DNA of 64,000 nt from positions 1-64,000 of the forward strand of contig JAEUKA010000028.1 of assembly GCA_016794465.1 (NCBI GenBank), read 5' to 3'. The notes beneath the pieces were generated by a model. It worked only from the letters and a program-made list of their open reading frames with translations, had not been told where the DNA came from and made no database searches. Within the stretch, counting starts at the first letter, position 1; the number at the start of each line of letters is the position of its first letter. The translations under genes were made by a program, and so were the position numbers. The stretch is from Myxococcales bacterium. GTDB lineage: Bacteria; Myxococcota_A; Polyangia; Palsa-1104; JAEUJZ01. This document shows, piece by piece, positions 35,739 to 45,369 of the stretch.

Positions 35739-36796
35739 GGGCCTTTCGCCTGCGCTGGCTGCTCTGTGCCAGCGTCCTACTTCTCGTCGCCTGCGCGACC
35801 TATTGGAGCAAGATCGGTGGGGGCGACTCGATCAAGGCTTCGCACAGTGTCCATGCGCGCGCCAAGCTCGACTGCTTGGTCTGTCACGAGCCGATCTATG
35901 ACGCGCAGAGTCTTACCGGAGACTTCCTTCCCAAAGAACAGAAGTGTCTGGAGTGCCATGAAGACAACAAGAAGAAGGGGGAGTGTGGCTACTGTCATAC
36001 TGATCCTACTCGTCCGCTGACCTACCGAAGGGAGCCCTCTGTCCTAACGCTGTCTCATGCCAAGCACATTGAGCGGACCAAAGAAGACTGCACGCGGTGT
36101 CACAAGACGCTGTCTGATCGTGGCCAGGCGGCAGTAGCGCCGACCATGGACTCGTGTCTGGGCTGTCATCCGCACCAGCAAGAGTTCGATCAGGGGTCGT
36201 GCGGAGCGTGTCACAAGGATCTCAAGCGCTATCCCCAGAAACCCCTAACAAGGTTCTCGCACCGAGGGAACTTTGTCTTGGGACACGCCCGCGCCGCTCG
36301 CTCGACTCCTGAGAGCTGTGCGACCTGTCATGAGCAGTCCTCCTGCGCAGACTGTCATGCCAAGACCGTGCTCGGTCCGATCGAGCTGAAGTTCCCAGAG
36401 CGGGCGGACAGCGACCTGATTCATCGCGGCGACTTCCTCGGTCGACACAGCATGGAGTCGCGCGCCGATCCCGCTTCCTGCTTGCGCTGTCACGGCACCA
36501 GCTTCTGTGAGCGCTGCCACAGCCAACAGGGAGTGAGTGGTAGGAGTGACAACCCGCGCAACCCACATCCGGCGGGCTTTAACACGCCAAGTCATCCGCA
36601 GTTTCACGGACTTGCGGCCCGGCGCAACATCTCAAGCTGTGCCAGCTGTCATGATCAGGGTCCGCGCTCCAACTGTGTCAGCTGTCACAAGGTCGGTGGC
36701 CTCGGGGGAAGCCCACATCCTCCTGAATGGACAGAGCGTCACGATCGTCAAGAGATCCTACGAAATGGCATGTGTCGCTACTGCCATACGCTGTGA
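35735..36796 (+). CDS. Periplasmic 13-heme c-type cytochrome
   Basis: 13 CxxCH motifs in 353 aa (CLVCH, CLECH, CGYCH, CTRCH, CLGCH, CGACH, CATCH, CADCH, CLRCH, CERCH, CASCH, CVSCH, CRYCH); lipoprotein-like signal (LLLVAC). Confidence 0.85.
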   Translation: MRAFRLRWLLCASVLLLVACATYWSKIGGGDSIKASHSVHARAKLDCLVCHEPIYDAQSLTGDFLPKEQKCLECHEDNKKKGECGYCHTDPTRPLTYRREPSVLTLSHAKHIERTKEDCTRCHKTLSDRGQAAVAPTMDSCLGCHPHQQEFDQGSCGACHKDLKRYPQKPLTRFSHRGNFVLGHARAARSTPESCATCHEQSSCADCHAKTVLGPIELKFPERADSDLIHRGDFLGRHSMESRADPASCLRCHGTSFCERCHSQQGVSGRSDNPRNPHPAGFNTPSHPQFHGLAARRNISSCASCHDQGPRSNCVSCHKVGGLGGSPHPPEWTERHDRQEILRNGMCRYCHTL

Positions 36797-36861
36797 AAAG
36801 CCAAGCGAGTGTCACGCACTCAGCCACAGAGATTCCTACTAACAAGGAGAGAGAAAATCCC

Positions 36862-37224
36862 ATGCGCACCGTACTTGTCCTCGTGTCTCTGTTTTCGTTT
36901 GCTCTTACGACTTCGGCCAGCGCGGATGAGAATGATCCCCGGGTGAAGCGGGCCTGGAAAGCAAAGTGCGCGTCCTGTCATGGAGAGGATGGCAAAGGAG
37001 ACACCGAGCAAGCCAAGAAAAAGTTCGGCGGTCCGCTGCGTGATCTTACTGATGCCAAAGTGCAAGAGCGCTTCAAAGATCCCGAGCTGCGCGACATGAT
37101 CACCAAAGGCAAGACCGAGACGAAGGACGGCAAGGAAGTCAAGATGCCGGCCACTCCCGAGATCGCCGGAGAGCAGCTTGATGGCCTGGTGCAGTTTGTC
37201 CGCAAGCTCGCCGTCAAGAAGTAG
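36862..37224 (+). CDS. Monoheme class I cytochrome c
   Basis: Start at internal ATG with AAGGAGAGAG RBS; signal peptide; single CASCH and downstream Met ligand (KMPATPEI). Confidence 0.75.
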   Translation: MRTVLVLVSLFSFALTTSASADENDPRVKRAWKAKCASCHGEDGKGDTEQAKKKFGGPLRDLTDAKVQERFKDPELRDMITKGKTETKDGKEVKMPATPEIAGEQLDGLVQFVRKLAVKK

Positions 37225-37263
37225 CGCGTCCCAGAGCGCGCGAATCGGACGCAGGGTGAAGCC

Positions 37264-37866
37264 ATGTTAGTGGTGCTGTTTGGGCTGTCGATGCTGCTCT
37301 GTGTGGTGCTGTTTTTGCGGCCTACCCAGCCGAGCAGAGTGCTCGCGTTTGCCAGTCTGTTTGTGCTGCCAGTCACAGTCAGCTACATGGGAGTGGAGAC
37401 TCACATTGAGAACTCCAAACAGACCAGCTTCTGTACTTCCTGTCATGTCATGAGCAAGCACGGACGGAGCCTGCTCGTCGACGACACCACCATCTTGGCG
37501 GCTTCCCACTATCAAGGGGGAAGGATTCCGCGTGACCGCGCCTGCTTTACCTGTCACACCACCTACACGATGTACGGAGACATGCAGGCCAAGCTACGCG
37601 GGGTCAAGCATGTCCTCGTCAACTACTTTGGCAAGGTTCCAAGTCAGCCAAAGCTGTACGAGCCGTACCACAATCGGGAGTGTCTGCACTGCCATGAGGG
37701 GGCGCGCCGCTATCTGAAGGGAGAGACGCACACCGCCGAGCCAGGGCGGATGGAAAAGATGCGACAGAATCAGCTGTCCTGCATCACCAAGGACTGTCAC
37801 GACACCGTACATGTTGTAAGTGAAGTCGACAGCTTGCCACTGTGGAAGCCGGAGCCATCCAAATGA
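37264..37866 (+). CDS. NapC/NirT/NrfH-family membrane-anchored tetraheme quinol dehydrogenase
   Basis: N-terminal TM helix then CTSCH, CFTCH, CLHCH and a fourth CX4CH (CITKDCH); about 200 aa, typical of the family. Confidence 0.8.
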   Translation: MLVVLFGLSMLLCVVLFLRPTQPSRVLAFASLFVLPVTVSYMGVETHIENSKQTSFCTSCHVMSKHGRSLLVDDTTILAASHYQGGRIPRDRACFTCHTTYTMYGDMQAKLRGVKHVLVNYFGKVPSQPKLYEPYHNRECLHCHEGARRYLKGETHTAEPGRMEKMRQNQLSCITKDCHDTVHVVSEVDSLPLWKPEPSK

Positions 37867-38057
37867 CCAAGGACAGTCAACGCATCCGGATCGCCTCTGC
37901 CCTGGTGTTTGTTGGTCTGGGAGTCGAAGGATTCACCCTGCGCTGGTCGCATCCGACTGCCTTCTTTGTCTTTGCAGGAATCGGCGGTCTGCTGCTCCTG
38001 CTCGGGGTGCTGGTCTTTCTTTCTACGCTGCTTGGCGGAGCAAACCGGCTATCATGA
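37842..38057 (+). CDS. Small two-TM membrane protein (tentative)
   Basis: 71-aa ORF overlapping the end of the NapC-like gene; two hydrophobic helices (ASALVFVGLGV.., FFVFAGIGGLLLLLGVLVFL). No homology recognised. Confidence 0.35.
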   Translation: MEAGAIQMTKDSQRIRIASALVFVGLGVEGFTLRWSHPTAFFVFAGIGGLLLLLGVLVFLSTLLGGANRLS

Positions 38058-38060
38058 GCC

Positions 38061-39362
38061 ATGAATCCCGATCGACAGCGCGCGCTGGAGGAGCAGCTCG
38101 CCCTGGAGATAAGCCGCACAGAGAAGCTCCGCGCCACGATCATGGCGCTCGCGTTTACGAGCGGATTTGTGATCGCGCTGTTGATCTTTCAAGTGTGGCT
38201 CAAGCGGCTGCCATCAGGCTTCGGTGCGGTGTTCCTGCGCGTCAGTCCGATTGTGATGACTGGCGTCGGACTCATGACCATTTATGGCTGGCTGGCTCGG
38301 CTGTACATCTCTCGCTACGTCGCTCGTCAGAAGCGCGTTCCGCTCGGCTTCGTCCTTATCAACGCAGGCTTTGAGGTCAGCGCGGTTTCCTTCTTCATCC
38401 TGCTGATTGCACGCGCTTCCTCGCCGGCTTTTGCCATCAGCGCGCCACCGATCCTCATCTACTCCCTCCTCATCATGATGTCGGTCCTGCGGCTCGACTT
38501 CTGGCTGTCTCTGTTTGTCGCGGTGATGGTGGCGATTCAGTACGTTCTGTTAGGAAGACTCCTGCTACCAGCAGTTCCCATTGAGGGAGAGCTTGGCTTG
38601 TTGATGTCCCCGATTCCGCTCTACCTGCGAGCAGGAATCTTCATGATCACTGGACTGGCTGCGGGGGTCATCGGCAATGATCTGCGGCACAGACTCATCC
38701 GCACCACAGAGATCGTTGTGGAGAAAGATCGAGCCGTCGCGATGTTTGGTCAGCATGTCTCTCCGCAAGTGGCAGAGCAACTCCTCCGCGAACATACCGG
38801 GGTCCTGACCGAGACGCGGCATGTCTGCATTCTCTTCCTGGATATCCGCAACTTCACACGCTTTGCAGAGAGCCGGACTCCCAGCGAAGTGGTGGACTAT
38901 CTGAACGCTCTGTTCGGGCCGCTGGTCGAGATCGTGGACCGGCATGGCGGCATCATCAACAAGTTCCTTGGCGACGGCTTTCTGGCCATCTTTGGCGCCC
39001 CCCTGGCCAATGACCAGCACTGTCTGTCTGCGGTTCGTGCCGCGCTCGCCATGCTTCAAAAAGTGGAGGAGTTGGGAGCCGCGCAGCTCATTCCCCCCAC
39101 TCGCTTGGGAATCGGTCTGCATGCGGGGATGGTGGTCACGGGCAGTGTCGGCTCGCACCTGCGACGCGAATACACAGTCATCGGAGATGCCGTCAATCTG
39201 GCGGCCCGGATCGAGCAGCTGACCAAGGTTCACAGTGCCCAGCTCCTAGCGAGTGACTCGGTGATCGCCCACCTTCCCGTAGAAGAGATAGCAACTGAGA
39301 AGCTCGCGCTGGTGCAGGTCAAGGGCCGAGAGGCGCCCGTGCAGATCTTCAAGCTCGCATAG
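38061..39362 (+). CDS. Membrane-bound class III adenylate/guanylate cyclase
   Basis: Six-TM N-terminal region and C-terminal cyclase homology domain (ILFLDIRNFT, KFLGDGFLAIFGAP, YTVIGDAVNLAARIE). Confidence 0.85.
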   Translation: MNPDRQRALEEQLALEISRTEKLRATIMALAFTSGFVIALLIFQVWLKRLPSGFGAVFLRVSPIVMTGVGLMTIYGWLARLYISRYVARQKRVPLGFVLINAGFEVSAVSFFILLIARASSPAFAISAPPILIYSLLIMMSVLRLDFWLSLFVAVMVAIQYVLLGRLLLPAVPIEGELGLLMSPIPLYLRAGIFMITGLAAGVIGNDLRHRLIRTTEIVVEKDRAVAMFGQHVSPQVAEQLLREHTGVLTETRHVCILFLDIRNFTRFAESRTPSEVVDYLNALFGPLVEIVDRHGGIINKFLGDGFLAIFGAPLANDQHCLSAVRAALAMLQKVEELGAAQLIPPTRLGIGLHAGMVVTGSVGSHLRREYTVIGDAVNLAARIEQLTKVHSAQLLASDSVIAHLPVEEIATEKLALVQVKGREAPVQIFKLA

Positions 39363-39523
39363 CGGCCTCACCTTAAAAGGCTGCGCGATGGTACGGACCT
39401 CTGCTCGGTCGCGTCTACATCGGCACCAATGATCGTGGCACCTTCTACGGTGAGCCGCAGTCCCCGCAAGCGCGAATTTTCGAGAGAAAACGCGGCCTAC
39501 CCTGTGATAACTTCGGAAGCGCC

Positions 39524-41011
39524 GTGCCATCGAATGTGAGCCTTGCCTCCGCACCTGGACGCGCTCACTCTGCGCAGTCGCTGCCCCGTGCTCTGTTTCG
39601 TACCGCACTCCTTTGCGCGGCTGGCGCAGGGCTGCTCAGCAGTCAGTACGTGGCCGCGCGCGAGCTGGGCTCGACCTTCTTTGTCACCGAGCTATCAATC
39701 ATCGCAGCGACGGTGGTCACCCTCATCGGCCCCAGCCTCAGCTACGCACTCGGGGATCGACTGCGCGGATCGGATCGCTTGCTCCAGTGGTGGGCACTGG
39801 CCGCACTCCTTATTCAGCTGGCACTCCCTTTCGGGATTCGCGCGCTCGTTGGATCGCTCGGGGCATCGCATCCACTGTGGGCTGCTGCCATCACCGCTTC
39901 GGCGGTAGCGCTGCTGTGCGGATATTACGCTTTTATTCTGCCTCTTTATGCCGAGCCTGCCTCTCTGCCTCGGCTGTATGCGGCGGAGCTTGGCGGCGCT
40001 CTGCTGACCTTGCTGCTGCTCGCAGTGGCGCCTTCGTATCGGCTGTTCTTGCCTTTCTTTCTGCTGCTGCCGGTGCTGATTGCCTGGCTGACTCAGCGAC
40101 GGCTGGTGGCGCTCTGTACGCTGCTCTTGGCGGGCGCAGTATCCACCCAGACAGAGTCCCTCGATCGCTGGGCCAGTACCCACTACTACCGACATTATCA
40201 TCAGCTGGACGCGCCCCGTGTTATCGAGAGTGTTTACTCTCCCTATCAGCGCATTGATGTGGTGGAAGCGGCTGCCGACACCGCGCTGTACTTGGACGGA
40301 GTGCCATTCTATCGCTCCGGTGATCTCGATTCCTTCAATGTCTTTCTGGCCGAGCTACCGGGCTCTCTCTTGCCGAAAAGGGGTCGGGCACTGGTGGTAG
40401 GGAGTGGCAGTTTCTCGTCGGCGGCACGGCTTCATCGACTGGGTTACCGCGTCACCGTCATCGAGCTGGATGCTCTGGTGGCCAAGGTCGGATTTCATCG
40501 CTTTGCGCACCTGCACAAGCTTTCGCCAGAGATGATCACCCTGCACATCGACGACGCACGCCGGGTGCTTGCGACTCACTCCGATTCCTATGATCTGATT
40601 GTCCTTGATGTACCTGCACCGTATCGGATTGCGACGGCGCTCCTGCACTCACCGGAGTTCTATCGCCAGGTGGCGGCACGCCTGACCCCCACAGGAGTCG
40701 TTGCGCTCAGTCTCTGTGATGACCTGGCGGGATCGCTTGGGAAGCGCATCGCAGCGTCGGCAGCCCAGGTCTTTGCAGAGATCATGGTGGTGGAGAGCAG
40801 TGCCGTAGGACTCGGGGTTCTGTATGGTGGCGCGCAGCTGCCGTTTTCGATCCAAGCCGCTGCAGAACAGCTCCGTGCCCGCGATCCGCAAGGCGGACAG
40901 GTGACTCCTGATCAGCTGGTACGCAGCCAGGTTCTCGACGCTGATCCGCTTGGTCCCCAGGATCTACTTGGCGTCCTGTTGCTGTCACGTCAAGTGGTGC
41001 AGTTGCCATGA
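39524..41011 (+). CDS. Membrane-bound spermidine-synthase-like (PABS-fold) protein
   Basis: N-terminal multi-TM region then Rossmann/PABS-like module (ALVVGSGSFSSAARLHRLGYRVTVIELDALV...YDLIVLDVPAP). 4-bp ATGA overlap with the next gene. Confidence 0.7.
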   Translation: MPSNVSLASAPGRAHSAQSLPRALFRTALLCAAGAGLLSSQYVAARELGSTFFVTELSIIAATVVTLIGPSLSYALGDRLRGSDRLLQWWALAALLIQLALPFGIRALVGSLGASHPLWAAAITASAVALLCGYYAFILPLYAEPASLPRLYAAELGGALLTLLLLAVAPSYRLFLPFFLLLPVLIAWLTQRRLVALCTLLLAGAVSTQTESLDRWASTHYYRHYHQLDAPRVIESVYSPYQRIDVVEAAADTALYLDGVPFYRSGDLDSFNVFLAELPGSLLPKRGRALVVGSGSFSSAARLHRLGYRVTVIELDALVAKVGFHRFAHLHKLSPEMITLHIDDARRVLATHSDSYDLIVLDVPAPYRIATALLHSPEFYRQVAARLTPTGVVALSLCDDLAGSLGKRIAASAAQVFAEIMVVESSAVGLGVLYGGAQLPFSIQAAAEQLRARDPQGGQVTPDQLVRSQVLDADPLGPQDLLGVLLLSRQVVQLP

Positions 41012-44000
41012 CCCAGCTGCCAGAGAGCCTGCGGAAGCTCGAAGCATTTTTGACTGGGTCTGCGCTGGCCCACCTGCAAGTCGCACTCGGCTTTGCGGCG
41101 ATGCGCGGCCTGGGAGCCAGTGCCTCTGCATGGTTTGCGGTGCTGTTTTGCTGGCTGCTCGGTGGGCTCTTCGGAACCCTCTTGGCCAGGCGTGGCTGGC
41201 TCACTTCCCGTCGAGAATCTACCCTCGCTTTATTGGCCCTGCTCTTCCTTACCCTGACAGAAGCGGCGACTCTGCTTCAGCCGTTCTCCGCGCTTCCTCG
41301 CTTGGCCATCGTGCTGGCGGCGGTGTTGTCCGGAGGCTATGGCGGCGCATTCCTGGCCAGTCGTGGTACCCAAGGAGCCTCTATTGCCGCGCTGTTTTTT
41401 CATGAAAACAACGGCTTTCTGTGTGGCTTTGTCGTTGCCAGCGGAGTCTTGCTCCTCCACGCTCCGCTGCTGCTGCCACTGACCGCTTTGGGAGTGCTTG
41501 CAGCCCGCGCCGCTGCGCCGAACCGGCAGTCTGGTCCGCTCCTGTTTGCGGTAATATTAGGCATATCATCTACTTCCTTTCAGCTGCTCTTTGCGTGGGG
41601 GGGCGAGCCGGCCTGGGATGCCCTCATGACTGCCTCGGTGCTCACTCATCCCGACGCTGTGGATCTGCAAGGCTGGCTGTTCTTTGCGCATCCGCTGGTG
41701 ATTCCTCTGACCGCGCCTTTTCGCTTGTTCACAGGTGATCCGTTGCAAGCGGTGACGCTGCGTGAAGCAGTCTGTCATGGTGGCGTGATCACCCTGCTCT
41801 ACTTGGCTGGACGAGCGCTCGCTGGCCCGCACAAGCACGGCCTGCTGATCGCGCTGCTGACAGCGCTGCAAGTCTTCCTTTCCGTCGGAAAATGGCAGCT
41901 TGCCCTGGCTGGAGAGGAAAAGGAAATCACCGTTCTGGCTAGCAGTGCCTTTCTGTTTTTCTATCTCGATCATCGCGGCCTGTGGAGCCTTCACATCGTG
42001 TCGTTTTCGGCCCTGGCACCGCGCTGGCGCCGCTTCCTACTGGGTGCGCTGCTTGCGCTGGCGATGTCGATTCACATCCAAAATGGACTGCTGGTGGTGT
42101 GGCTCCTGTTTGATCTGCTGCTGACACTTCACAAGCCCAATCTCCGTCGACAAGCTGCCATTGATGTGGTGGTAGTTTTCATCGTTTCAGCAGCGCTTGC
42201 CGGACCGTTTTTTGTGTGGCTGGCCAGCGCGGGAGGAGGTGCAAGAACCCCGCGCGAGCTGCTCCAGTTCTATTTGGAATATCACCTGTCTGGTGAGTTT
42301 TTTTCGATTCCGGCTTCCCTGTCCGAGCGCCTGTCTGAGTGCTATCGCGGGCTGCGCTTGTGGCTGCTCGGTGATCTCCCGCTTGGGAGTCCTCGGCTAG
42401 AGCCTGCGCTGGCGACTCTTGGCCTGCTCTTGCTGTCGCTGTCGGCCCTTCGGCAGGCACCGCTGGTGGTGTCGCGGCTGCTGGCTTGGCCACTGCTGAT
42501 CTTCCTCCACTTTTTCTTCTATCAGCCATGGCATCCCGAAGCATGGAGTCCCGCTGCGGCGTGCGGCTCTCTGGTGATCTCGCTGGGACTGCTGGGAAGA
42601 GGTCGCCTGCTTCCGCTGCGGTGTGGACTGGCGGTGCTGTGGATTGCCGTACTGGCATTCCTACTCGGTCGCGATCAGCAGCAAGGAAGACGCCTATCTG
42701 AAGAGGTTCAAGCGTTTGTGGAGGCAGATTCTCCGTCGAGAACTCCGCTGCGCGAGCTTACGCGCTGGCTGGATGTCCACCTTGAACCAGAGGCCGAGAT
42801 CCTGGTCACAGATCGACTCCTGGTGTCGTATTTTCAGCTCTATACCAAGCGAACTCCCCTGGTTCGCGAGTATCTGGGAGTTCCCAAGGAAGCGCTGCGC
42901 GGCACCTATCACCTCACCTCCCTGAGCCTGCGCTTTTACACGCCACAGCGTACTCTGGCCGAGATCGATGCGGCCATCTTGGCGGGTCGTCCAGTGTATC
43001 TTCTCAGCACGGAGTCCGGGTCTTCTCCGACGGTCGAGCTGCCTTGGGGCGGACTCCTTTTGTCACGGCTTACTACCCCTTTGGGAGTCCGGGCAGAGAC
43101 TCCTTTGACACCACCTTCGCGGACTCTGGTTCACGCTACAGATCTGCTCTCAAACGATCTGACACTGACAGCAGTAACTCCGATCAATCCGTCGGTGTAT
43201 CGGCTCGTTTTGCGAAACGGAGAGCGGACGTTTTCGGCCAAGTGGAAGCCGCTGGGTGTGGAAGGGAGTGAGGTGCAGGAGGGCTTTGATGGCAACAACG
43301 CACCGCGCTGCGAGCTGGCGGCACGGCGCATCGATCAGTTCTTGTCCGACGGTGATCCGCGCAGAGAGCTGGTTCCTGAAGTGGTGCTGCGTTCGTTTCA
43401 TCGCCAGGTTCCCTGCGACCGTCCCTGTCAGGGAATCCCTCAGCTCATCGGTGCAGGAGTCCCGGCTACGTTTGCTGCGATCAACGATCATCTGGTGCTG
43501 GGTGCCCTGAGTCTGTGGATCGAGGATGCCGAGCGTCCGCAGCGCTTTTCGGGTCAATTGTGGAGTCCGCAGCGCTTTGCCCAAGACCCGGCGTACCGAC
43601 GGAACTTTGCCGATTTGATGACGTTTCTCTATCTGATTGCACATGGTGACGCAAACTACGCGGACAACTTCCTGTATTCCGAAGGTCCACCACCACGCGC
43701 CTACAGCATCGACAACGGACGCTCTCTGGATGGCATTCCTTTTTACACCACAGAGGGCGATCCAGACTGGCAGCCTCTGGCGCAGCTCACACCGCAGTCG
43801 CTCGTCGCTCCGGCACTGTCTAGGCAGACTCTCCATCGAGTCGCTGCGCTCCAAGACGCACGACTCCTTCCATCACTGTATCTGGTTGCGGCGATCGATC
43901 TGAGCTCTGGCCGCACCGTCAGCGAACCGGACTCTGTCCCAAGCCTGCGCAAGTATGTCGGACGACCGCTGTCAAACATTCCGCAGCTGCAGAAGGTCAG

Positions 44001-44148
44001 TCGCCAAAGTTACCTGACTCCCAAGGAAGGCAGCGACGGGCCATGGCTGCTGCTGGGAGTCTCGGAGTCGGGCACCAAGGAACTCCTAACGCGAGCGGCC
44101 GCCCTGCTTCTGCATCAGCGTACCGCCAAGCTGCCGCTGTTCGACTGA
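41008..44148 (+). CDS. Large integral membrane protein, GT-C glycosyltransferase-like, with protein-kinase-like C-terminal domain (tentative)
   Basis: 1046 aa. More than 12 predicted TM helices with long loops, resembling PMT/ArnT-type GT-C proteins. The soluble C-terminal ~400 aa contains a Brenner-type catalytic pattern HGDANYADNFLY...YSIDNGRSL (HGD..N and DxG equivalents of APH/CotH-like kinases). Confidence 0.65.
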   Translation: MTQLPESLRKLEAFLTGSALAHLQVALGFAAMRGLGASASAWFAVLFCWLLGGLFGTLLARRGWLTSRRESTLALLALLFLTLTEAATLLQPFSALPRLAIVLAAVLSGGYGGAFLASRGTQGASIAALFFHENNGFLCGFVVASGVLLLHAPLLLPLTALGVLAARAAAPNRQSGPLLFAVILGISSTSFQLLFAWGGEPAWDALMTASVLTHPDAVDLQGWLFFAHPLVIPLTAPFRLFTGDPLQAVTLREAVCHGGVITLLYLAGRALAGPHKHGLLIALLTALQVFLSVGKWQLALAGEEKEITVLASSAFLFFYLDHRGLWSLHIVSFSALAPRWRRFLLGALLALAMSIHIQNGLLVVWLLFDLLLTLHKPNLRRQAAIDVVVVFIVSAALAGPFFVWLASAGGGARTPRELLQFYLEYHLSGEFFSIPASLSERLSECYRGLRLWLLGDLPLGSPRLEPALATLGLLLLSLSALRQAPLVVSRLLAWPLLIFLHFFFYQPWHPEAWSPAAACGSLVISLGLLGRGRLLPLRCGLAVLWIAVLAFLLGRDQQQGRRLSEEVQAFVEADSPSRTPLRELTRWLDVHLEPEAEILVTDRLLVSYFQLYTKRTPLVREYLGVPKEALRGTYHLTSLSLRFYTPQRTLAEIDAAILAGRPVYLLSTESGSSPTVELPWGGLLLSRLTTPLGVRAETPLTPPSRTLVHATDLLSNDLTLTAVTPINPSVYRLVLRNGERTFSAKWKPLGVEGSEVQEGFDGNNAPRCELAARRIDQFLSDGDPRRELVPEVVLRSFHRQVPCDRPCQGIPQLIGAGVPATFAAINDHLVLGALSLWIEDAERPQRFSGQLWSPQRFAQDPAYRRNFADLMTFLYLIAHGDANYADNFLYSEGPPPRAYSIDNGRSLDGIPFYTTEGDPDWQPLAQLTPQSLVAPALSRQTLHRVAALQDARLLPSLYLVAAIDLSSGRTVSEPDSVPSLRKYVGRPLSNIPQLQKVSRQSYLTPKEGSDGPWLLLGVSESGTKELLTRAAALLLHQRTAKLPLFD

Positions 44149-44187
44149 TCGCGCAGCAGCCGCTTGGTGATCGGTTTGGTGATCGGT

Positions 44188-45270
44188 TTAACGCGAAGGG
44201 AGTCGGGCCAGATAGCTCAGCAGCTCGGCGTCGAAGGGACTATCGGGGGACAGGGTCTGCCCGGGCCGCAGCGCCGGAACGAGCGGCGCCGGACGGGTCG
44301 GTCGCGCCCGTACCATCGTGGTGCGAATCGGGTCGGCGACCGTGCGGCTGATCGGCACCGGCGGACTCCGCTTCAGCGTCACACCTTCGGCAGTCGGTCG
44401 CGGCTTGAACAGCTCCGGCGGAATCGTGTAGGTCGGAATCGATCGCTGCACCGGGGCCGGAGCAGGTGGCGCTGGGACGGGCCGAGCCGGCGGCTGAACG
44501 GTCGGCATCTGACTGGCGCCAAACTGCGCGGTGCTGTCCTCGTCGTACGCAGCCAGAGGCCGTGCTTTCGGCAGCGGCGTGTTCTCGCTCAGCATGTCCT
44601 CGTCGGACTCGGCCTCGAAGGTCAGCGCTGGCTCATCATCATCGGCGGCGGCTTCAATCTCAACCACGGCGTCATCTTGGCCGGCGATGAGCTCCGGCGA
44701 GATCACGACCTTGCTCTCGGGTACTTGCGGCTGCGCCACGGCTGCGGCGGCGGCACTGCTCAGCTTCTTAAGCCGCTCGGCCAGCGTGCTCGTCCCCTGC
44801 GCTGGACCGACGGGCGGCGGCGGCACTGGCGAGAGAATCGGCGACGAGCCCGGCTCGACCTTACCGACATCGGGCGGCAGCTTCGGCAGCACCGTCTTTT
44901 GGGTATCGCCCGCGCCGTCTTTGACCGCTGGCGCCGCATGCTCGCCGCCCTTGTTTGCAGGGTGCCGCTGCACCTCGGGCAGGTTGTCAAACAGTCCATC
45001 ACGCAGACGCTTGAGCATTCCTTTGTGCTGCTCTTGCATCCGCTTTTGGGTCACCGTCTCCGGCTCGTCGAGCGAATACGGCGTCCGCTGCGACGAGAGG
45101 ATGCTGCCCTCGATGAACAGGTGGGTGGACAGGACCGGACGGGCCGGACCCGAGTCCTCAGTCTGGACATGGAACAGCCGTCCAGCGTGACGGACGTTAT
45201 GGTTATAGCCAAGGAGCGGCGGACGCTTTGACACCAGGAGATAGGCTATCACGCCTGTTTCGCTCGCCAA
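44188..45270 (-). CDS. Pro/Ala-rich hypothetical protein with conserved N-terminal module
   Basis: 360 aa. N-terminal about 90 aa ordered (VSKRPPLLGYNHNVRHAGRLFHVQTEDSGP...), the rest low-complexity P/A-rich. The opposite-strand ORF 44164..45231 is R-rich nonsense. Confidence 0.5.
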   Translation of the reverse strand: MASETGVIAYLLVSKRPPLLGYNHNVRHAGRLFHVQTEDSGPARPVLSTHLFIEGSILSSQRTPYSLDEPETVTQKRMQEQHKGMLKRLRDGLFDNLPEVQRHPANKGGEHAAPAVKDGAGDTQKTVLPKLPPDVGKVEPGSSPILSPVPPPPVGPAQGTSTLAERLKKLSSAAAAAVAQPQVPESKVVISPELIAGQDDAVVEIEAAADDDEPALTFEAESDEDMLSENTPLPKARPLAAYDEDSTAQFGASQMPTVQPPARPVPAPPAPAPVQRSIPTYTIPPELFKPRPTAEGVTLKRSPPVPISRTVADPIRTTMVRARPTRPAPLVPALRPGQTLSPDSPFDAELLSYLARLPSR

Positions 45271-45369
45271 AGAGCCTTCTTTTCAGTGTCCTAGGTCCGT
45301 GTCAGGTCGGTGCGCCACGTCGGTGCGCGAACGCCGGTAGGGTAATGTGGGGAGAGGAAGGCCCCGGCA

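Noticed and set aside
44164-45231. 355-aa + strand ORF overlapping the Pro-rich protein gene
   Set aside because: R-rich nonsense composition (RRNERRRTGRSRPYHRGANRVGDRAADRHRR...). The minus-strand reading has an ordered N-terminal module and is preferred, though with only moderate confidence.
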